Shown piece by piece: positions 23,756-28,040 of a stretch of 28,040 nt of DNA. The notes beneath the pieces were generated by a model. That model was not told the origin of the DNA. It saw only the letters and a program-made list of their open reading frames with translations, and searched no databases. The DNA comes from a virus (lineage: Duplodnaviria > Caudoviricetes). The stretch lies in IMG/VR virus record IMGVR_UViG_3300011335_000482, positions 1-28,040 of that record; one strand, written 5' to 3'. Position 1 is the stretch's first letter. Every line of letters starts with the position of its first letter. A program made the position numbers and the translations under genes.

Positions 23756-25194
23756 TTCGCGCCCCCAATAATCTGAGCATTAAGCTGCAGGATTACAGGC
23801 TTTACCGCATCCGTCAGGGTAAACCGGAATATCTCAAATCTTGATGCTCGGCCATTCTTGCGCCAAATTGCCCTGCGATTGTATTCGCCAACCTTGCCTA
23901 TTGCCCGCGACCGAGCGTCAGACCACGTTTTGCCGTCCTTGCTTCTGTCCATCGTGATAACAGGATCAACCACGTCAGTATTGCCAACACCTGACTCAAC
24001 TGTTAATTCAATCGACGGCACAAAGATTGCTCGCAGCTCATTCTGAAACGGCTGAGTAGCCACGCGCCTAATGATCGCGCTGCCGTACTCTGTGTAGACC
24101 AGAGGATCAATTCTTCCAATCCTGCCATCTACCGAGTCGCCGCACAGTATTTGATTGTACGCTTTACAGATCGCTGTCACCCGGCATCTACTTAGCTCGC
24201 CCTCAGTGATGGACTTCCTTTCGTGCCATCGCTTCGCTGTGAGATCGAATACCAGGGTAGTCGTCGGAAGTGTAAACCCAATGAAGTACGCCCCGTTCTG
24301 CGAATAAGCCCATGCTGAGATTGCCTGAAGCTGAGTCAGCGTTAAATTCTGAAGCAGGTTGTCTATCGGCGTAGTGCTTATCTTCGCTGTGTCGTTGCCT
24401 AAGAGCGCCCAAATCGATGGCCCTTCGTTATCCCCGCCGCCTACCCATACAACAGTGTCCTGTGCGTTAATCAGGCTGTACGGAGCGTATACGCCCTTCT
24501 GCAAGAACAGCCCCGTGCGCTGGAAAGGAAAGTCAGTTCCACCCACATTCTGGAAGGCTTCAATGGTCTGGGAACCAGAGATGAATAGTTGATTCTTAAA
24601 CACAATCGGCGCAACGGTAACATCTGGATCTGACTCAGCCGTGCCGAAGTCTAAAGCGTTGTAGCTCAGTCCGTCATTAGGTGCCGAGCAGATGAACTTT
24701 TTGGTGTCGGTTGTGCAGACGAAGTATGAATCGATGAACACCACAAATTGCGGGTTGCCGTTAGCGTCAAAGTCGCCGTCTGTGATCTGAGCAAATACGT
24801 TGGTGACGTGATTGTAGATGTACCCATCGCCCCCAGGCACAAGCACCATCAACTGCGTACCGTTGTCGGCCATTGAGACCAAAGCAGTGCCGGAGATCGT
24901 TCCCAATGACGTTAGGCTGTAGCTTGCCACGCCAAGCGTGATCGTCTCGACTATCTTATAAAGAGCATCGCCATTGACCGCATAGGCAACCCCAGACATT
25001 TCGTGCATTCCCCTGTTTTGCTCCTCAATCGTCCCAGAGGATACAAGCTCTAGGAGACCTGGCGTTCCATACAAGTTCTCAGGGCTGAGTGCCGGAGCCT
25101 CGCTCACGTTCACATACCAATTCAAGCACTCCTGTGCGCTCAGTGGCAAAGAAGGGCTGACATAGAACCCATTAGTGATGGGAAGTGCTGGCAT
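23752..25194 (-). CDS. Packaged-DNA stabilisation / tail hub protein (P22 gp10-like)
   Basis: 480 aa beta-propeller-like; LYGTPGL, AESDPD, ELTVESGVG, SKDGKTWS, IGKVGEY..RAIWR..G motifs. Confidence 0.9.
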   Translation of the reverse strand: MPALPITNGFYVSPSLPLSAQECLNWYVNVSEAPALSPENLYGTPGLLELVSSGTIEEQNRGMHEMSGVAYAVNGDALYKIVETITLGVASYSLTSLGTISGTALVSMADNGTQLMVLVPGGDGYIYNHVTNVFAQITDGDFDANGNPQFVVFIDSYFVCTTDTKKFICSAPNDGLSYNALDFGTAESDPDVTVAPIVFKNQLFISGSQTIEAFQNVGGTDFPFQRTGLFLQKGVYAPYSLINAQDTVVWVGGGDNEGPSIWALLGNDTAKISTTPIDNLLQNLTLTQLQAISAWAYSQNGAYFIGFTLPTTTLVFDLTAKRWHERKSITEGELSRCRVTAICKAYNQILCGDSVDGRIGRIDPLVYTEYGSAIIRRVATQPFQNELRAIFVPSIELTVESGVGNTDVVDPVITMDRSKDGKTWSDARSRAIGKVGEYNRRAIWRKNGRASRFEIFRFTLTDAVKPVILQLNAQIIGGAK

Positions 25195-26045
25195 TAGTTA
25201 ATACTCAATACAGCTCGGCTCACGATGATATTGTTGGCCGCAGTGGAATTTTGCACATATATTTCAATGTAATCATTAGTCGCCATCGACAGCGCATAAA
25301 CAAGCGGAACAGCTATATGCGAACCGTTGTCTACCCTTGCCTCGATTCTTGACCCTGCAATTGCAGAACCGTTCTTGTACAAGTAGACCTGTAAGTCTTG
25401 GTTAGCACCACTGACTGGGTCTATGCTTAAAGCCGCATTGATTGTAAGAATTTGCGTCGTTGCGTTAGTGTAGGTAATTCGGCCTGCTGTTGTGCAAGCT
25501 GTGTTGACAGACAAGTCAGCCGTCCACGTTCCAGCAACGCGCACAGGTGTAGCAGTGGATGCGATTACAGTCGCAGTGGTGTTGCCCTGCATATAGACCT
25601 GACCACGCACCTGAGCTGTTTCCTGAGCGTTGGTAATCGTGATCGTGCTGCTTGCCGCCGTTAACGTGATGCCTGTACCAGCGACCAGTGAGACAAAGGT
25701 CGGGCTGAGTGCTGTGGTGTTGAGCATCAAGGGCGAGCCGGTGGCGTTAACGGTAAAGTTGTGCGCTACGGTAATGCCGTTCTCTGCCGACACGCTACAC
25801 GCAATGCCTGTGCCGTTCTCAAGGTTGCGGATGTTGTTGACTGTGCCAGACACATCTAAAACAGGAGTTCCGGTTACTGCGCCATCCTGAACAATCGTGC
25901 CGGTCACACCAAGCCCGCTGATGAAGTTGGCGTAGGTGATCTTGTAGTTGTAACCGTTGTAGAAGAAACCGAAGTAGGAGCCTGGCGTTATGCTCGTAAG
26001 CGCCTCGAAGTCTGACTGCCTTACACCATAAGTTCGCTCAACCAT
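25194..26045 (-). CDS. Accessory fibre/spike with a C1q/BclA-like C-terminal domain
   Basis: 283 aa, Thr/Gly-rich; LVAGTGITLT shaft motif; C-terminal LYKNG...L..NDYIEIYV beta-sandwich pattern. Confidence 0.6.
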   Translation of the reverse strand: MVERTYGVRQSDFEALTSITPGSYFGFFYNGYNYKITYANFISGLGVTGTIVQDGAVTGTPVLDVSGTVNNIRNLENGTGIACSVSAENGITVAHNFTVNATGSPLMLNTTALSPTFVSLVAGTGITLTAASSTITITNAQETAQVRGQVYMQGNTTATVIASTATPVRVAGTWTADLSVNTACTTAGRITYTNATTQILTINAALSIDPVSGANQDLQVYLYKNGSAIAGSRIEARVDNGSHIAVPLVYALSMATNDYIEIYVQNSTAANNIIVSRAVLSIN

Positions 26046-26520
26046 TTGTATTTATCTCCAGTGCAATCCCGCCGCTAATTTGTGTTGCTACCAATGGGTC
26101 ATTTGCCGGGTAGAAGTGCAGACCATCACCGAATTGGTTGTCTTCATTGCCAGATCCGACAGGAAGCGTTGATGGAAGGCTTGTGGGCGTGATGTATTGA
26201 CCAAGCTGACGCATCGCCTGCATTCCCTCACGCGCCGTTGCAGCAAGCTCTGGAGAGACGCTTCCGCCGTAGTACGGGACAGACTGAAATGCCATGTTTG
26301 CAATTAAGCCAGTTAATGCGCCTGGGGGAATGGTGACTTCGTCGGCCAGCCCTGTTACTGCTGTGTAGCCCAGGTTGATGCCCTTCGCCGCAAGGCTGGA
26401 CATATAGTTGTTCATCGCAAAGATGAAGTCTTGATACTCGTCGGCCTCAAGAGGAGCCTCTGACGCCTGTACCAGAATTGCTTGCAGTGATGCTTTTGCT
26501 ACCTGGGCAACCGTCGCCAT
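26038..26520 (-). CDS. Head-to-tail adaptor (P22 gp4-like)
   Basis: 160 aa; GINLGY and LPVGSGN motifs; synteny between coat and gp10. Confidence 0.85.
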   Translation of the reverse strand: MATVAQVAKASLQAILVQASEAPLEADEYQDFIFAMNNYMSSLAAKGINLGYTAVTGLADEVTIPPGALTGLIANMAFQSVPYYGGSVSPELAATAREGMQAMRQLGQYITPTSLPSTLPVGSGNEDNQFGDGLHFYPANDPLVATQISGGIALEINTNG

Positions 26521-26522
26521 GA

Positions 26523-26684
26523 TTACGCCCCTTTGAATTTCGGCGGTCTGCCTCTGCGCTTCTCTGCGTCATCAGGTGCCGGATCTGCTTTAGGCTTCCA
26601 GCCCAGACTTGCAGCAGCTTCGTAACTGCCGCTGTCTACGGTGACTTCCACGCCACTTGGTTTGATCCAGATGCTGGTTGGCAT
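26523..26684 (-). CDS. Small protein with a C-terminal AT-hook-like motif (53 aa)
   Basis: Translated by hand: MPTSIWIKPSGVEVTVDSGSYEAAASLGWKPKADPAPDDAEKRRGRPPKFKGA. P22 also has a small gene between coat and gp4. Confidence 0.7.
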   Translation of the reverse strand: MPTSIWIKPSGVEVTVDSGSYEAAASLGWKPKADPAPDDAEKRRGRPPKFKGA

Positions 26685-26711
26685 TGACTTTACCTGCTGA
26701 TTGTTACCGAG

Positions 26712-26736
26712 GAGAAATCAGGGGGCCGAAGCCCCC
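26712..26736 (-). terminator. Hairpin or leaky terminator after the coat gene
   Basis: GGGGGC-TTCG-GCCCCC followed by a weak TGATTTCT tail. Confidence 0.6.
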
Positions 26737-26798
26737 GTCACTATTTGCATTCTACCATCACCTACAGAACCAACATAACACGTTGATTTTGCAGGAAA

Positions 26799-28040
26799 TT
26801 ATACTCCGAATCCCTGCCCGCTCATGCTTGGGTTAAAGCAAGCGTATGCAGGCAGAAGGTCGAAGCGGATGCTTTGGGTGTTAGCGTTACCGTCCGAGAA
26901 CTTACTGATACGGATGGACATACCGTCTGAGGTAGTCGCAACAGTGTCAGTAGAGTAAAGCTTCGGCAGCTTGACTGTGCCCAATCCGAAAGCCTGCTTA
27001 GTGTAGAACAAGTTTGGTTGGTACAGAGTCGCAGTGGCAGACACGATTGTAATTACAGCGCCCGAAGCAGGAGCTGCGTTTACAGTATTGTACTGACCAG
27101 TTGCTTCGTAGATCGCAGGGCCAGCCACTACCAGCGTGCCTTCGCCAGACGCGCCCAAAGTAACATCAGCGGTCACCACACCAGTCCATGCTACTGCCGT
27201 GCCGGTTGCGCTCACCATTGATTGTCGGGTTGACTGGTTCAGACGGTTGACGTTGGCAATGGTTACAAGCTCGCCAGCCTTCACAACCATGTTTGCTTGG
27301 AACGCAGTGACAGCCAGGGACTGGGTCATTGTGTCTTTCGCAGTAACGTAAGTTGCATCAGGTGCAGCACTCAAAGTACCGGCACGGTCGGCGCCAGTGC
27401 TTGAAGTGAAGCTAGCCAGAGTCGTTGCGCTCAGAGCACGCAGACCACCGAAGTTGGTGCTGATCTGGGCATTTTCCCAAGCTGTACGGATCAGGCTGTC
27501 AACGGAGTTCAGGCCAGACTGAGCAGATGCCAATGTTGCCGTTGTGAACGGGTTCATCAGGTAGTAGCGGTCTGTGCTTGGGTCGATACCGATTGAATCC
27601 ATGAACGCGCCAGCGCCAGCCACATCAGACCATGCATCCACCGCAGTGCCGTGAGTACCGTAGCGAAGCGAGCTGTTCTTCAGCATGAAGGATGCGAAGT
27701 CGAGTTCCAAGTCGGTAACAATGCGTCGAGCCATCGGAGCCAGGATGTTCTCAAGCTGGTCCAGTTGCAGAGCCTCTTCCACGTTGCCCCATTCGGTAGC
27801 AGCAGTGAAATAGTTCTGGACAGTACCAGTGGCCTTACCAGCAATGATTTCGCTCTTTGTAGATGCAGAGATGTCACCGCCAGAAGTACGGATGGTCTTG
27901 TAGTCATGGGGACGTTTGAAGTCCACAGTGGAGCCAGATGACGGGTTGAACTTGTCAGCCAGAAGCTGAGTATCAACTGTCTTGGTGATTACCCGTGAGT
28001 TCTCGAAAGCATCAAGGAACACACGGGCAACTTTACGGGT
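26799..28040 (-). CDS. Major capsid protein (P22 coat-like), 5' end outside the window
   Basis: Frame open to the window edge (TRKVARVFLDAFE...); GSTVDFKRP, ILAPMARRI, N.FY.K.AF.L..V.L and RFDLL motifs. Confidence 0.92.
   Translation of the reverse strand, partial: TRKVARVFLDAFENSRVITKTVDTQLLADKFNPSSGSTVDFKRPHDYKTIRTSGGDISASTKSEIIAGKATGTVQNYFTAATEWGNVEEALQLDQLENILAPMARRIVTDLELDFASFMLKNSSLRYGTHGTAVDAWSDVAGAGAFMDSIGIDPSTDRYYLMNPFTTATLASAQSGLNSVDSLIRTAWENAQISTNFGGLRALSATTLASFTSSTGADRAGTLSAAPDATYVTAKDTMTQSLAVTAFQANMVVKAGELVTIANVNRLNQSTRQSMVSATGTAVAWTGVVTADVTLGASGEGTLVVAGPAIYEATGQYNTVNAAPASGAVITIVSATATLYQPNLFYTKQAFGLGTVKLPKLYSTDTVATTSDGMSIRISKFSDGNANTQSIRFDLLPAYACFNPSMSGQGFGV

Noticed and set aside
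14988-28040. Many plus-strand ORFs of 60-160 aa opposite the structural genes
   Set aside because: Antisense shadows of long minus-strand genes, with no recognisable motifs.
1-28040. Stop-codon reassignment, tRNA genes or an integrase/att site
   Set aside because: Genes tile well in the standard code and use all three stops; no cloverleaf or recombinase motifs were noticed by eye.

Overview
The whole window is tailed-phage DNA with a P22/Sf6/APSE-like (podovirus-type) morphogenesis module. No host genes, integrase, tRNA or CRISPR array were seen. Minus strand, right part (28040 to 14606): coat protein (5' end cut off), gp4-like adaptor, an extra C1q-like fibre, gp10-like hub, short needle/plug, gp14-like protein, four DNA-ejection proteins and a 1007-aa modular tail fibre. 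Plus strand (9067 to 14587): an early operon with a Cro-like HTH, ERF, a YqaJ-like exonuclease, many small mosaic genes and a SleB-type hydrolase. Minus strand, left part (8823 to 1): LexA-like wHTH, a ~460-bp structured non-coding block, a truncated replication-initiator-like gene, a helicase/methyltransferase chimera, NinB/NinG, two SutA-like genes, a small moron, the lysis cassette, TerS, TerL and the start of the portal. The rest of the portal and the scaffold are the only expected head genes missing, so this may be most of a ~31-kb circularly permuted genome. The best candidate for an undescribed system is the replication region: a hairpin-rich, G-tract-ended non-coding element sits where the initiator's DNA-binding domain should be, next to a promoter-and-terminator-bounded ~66-nt antisense RNA. 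All family assignments come from motif recognition by eye, not database searches.
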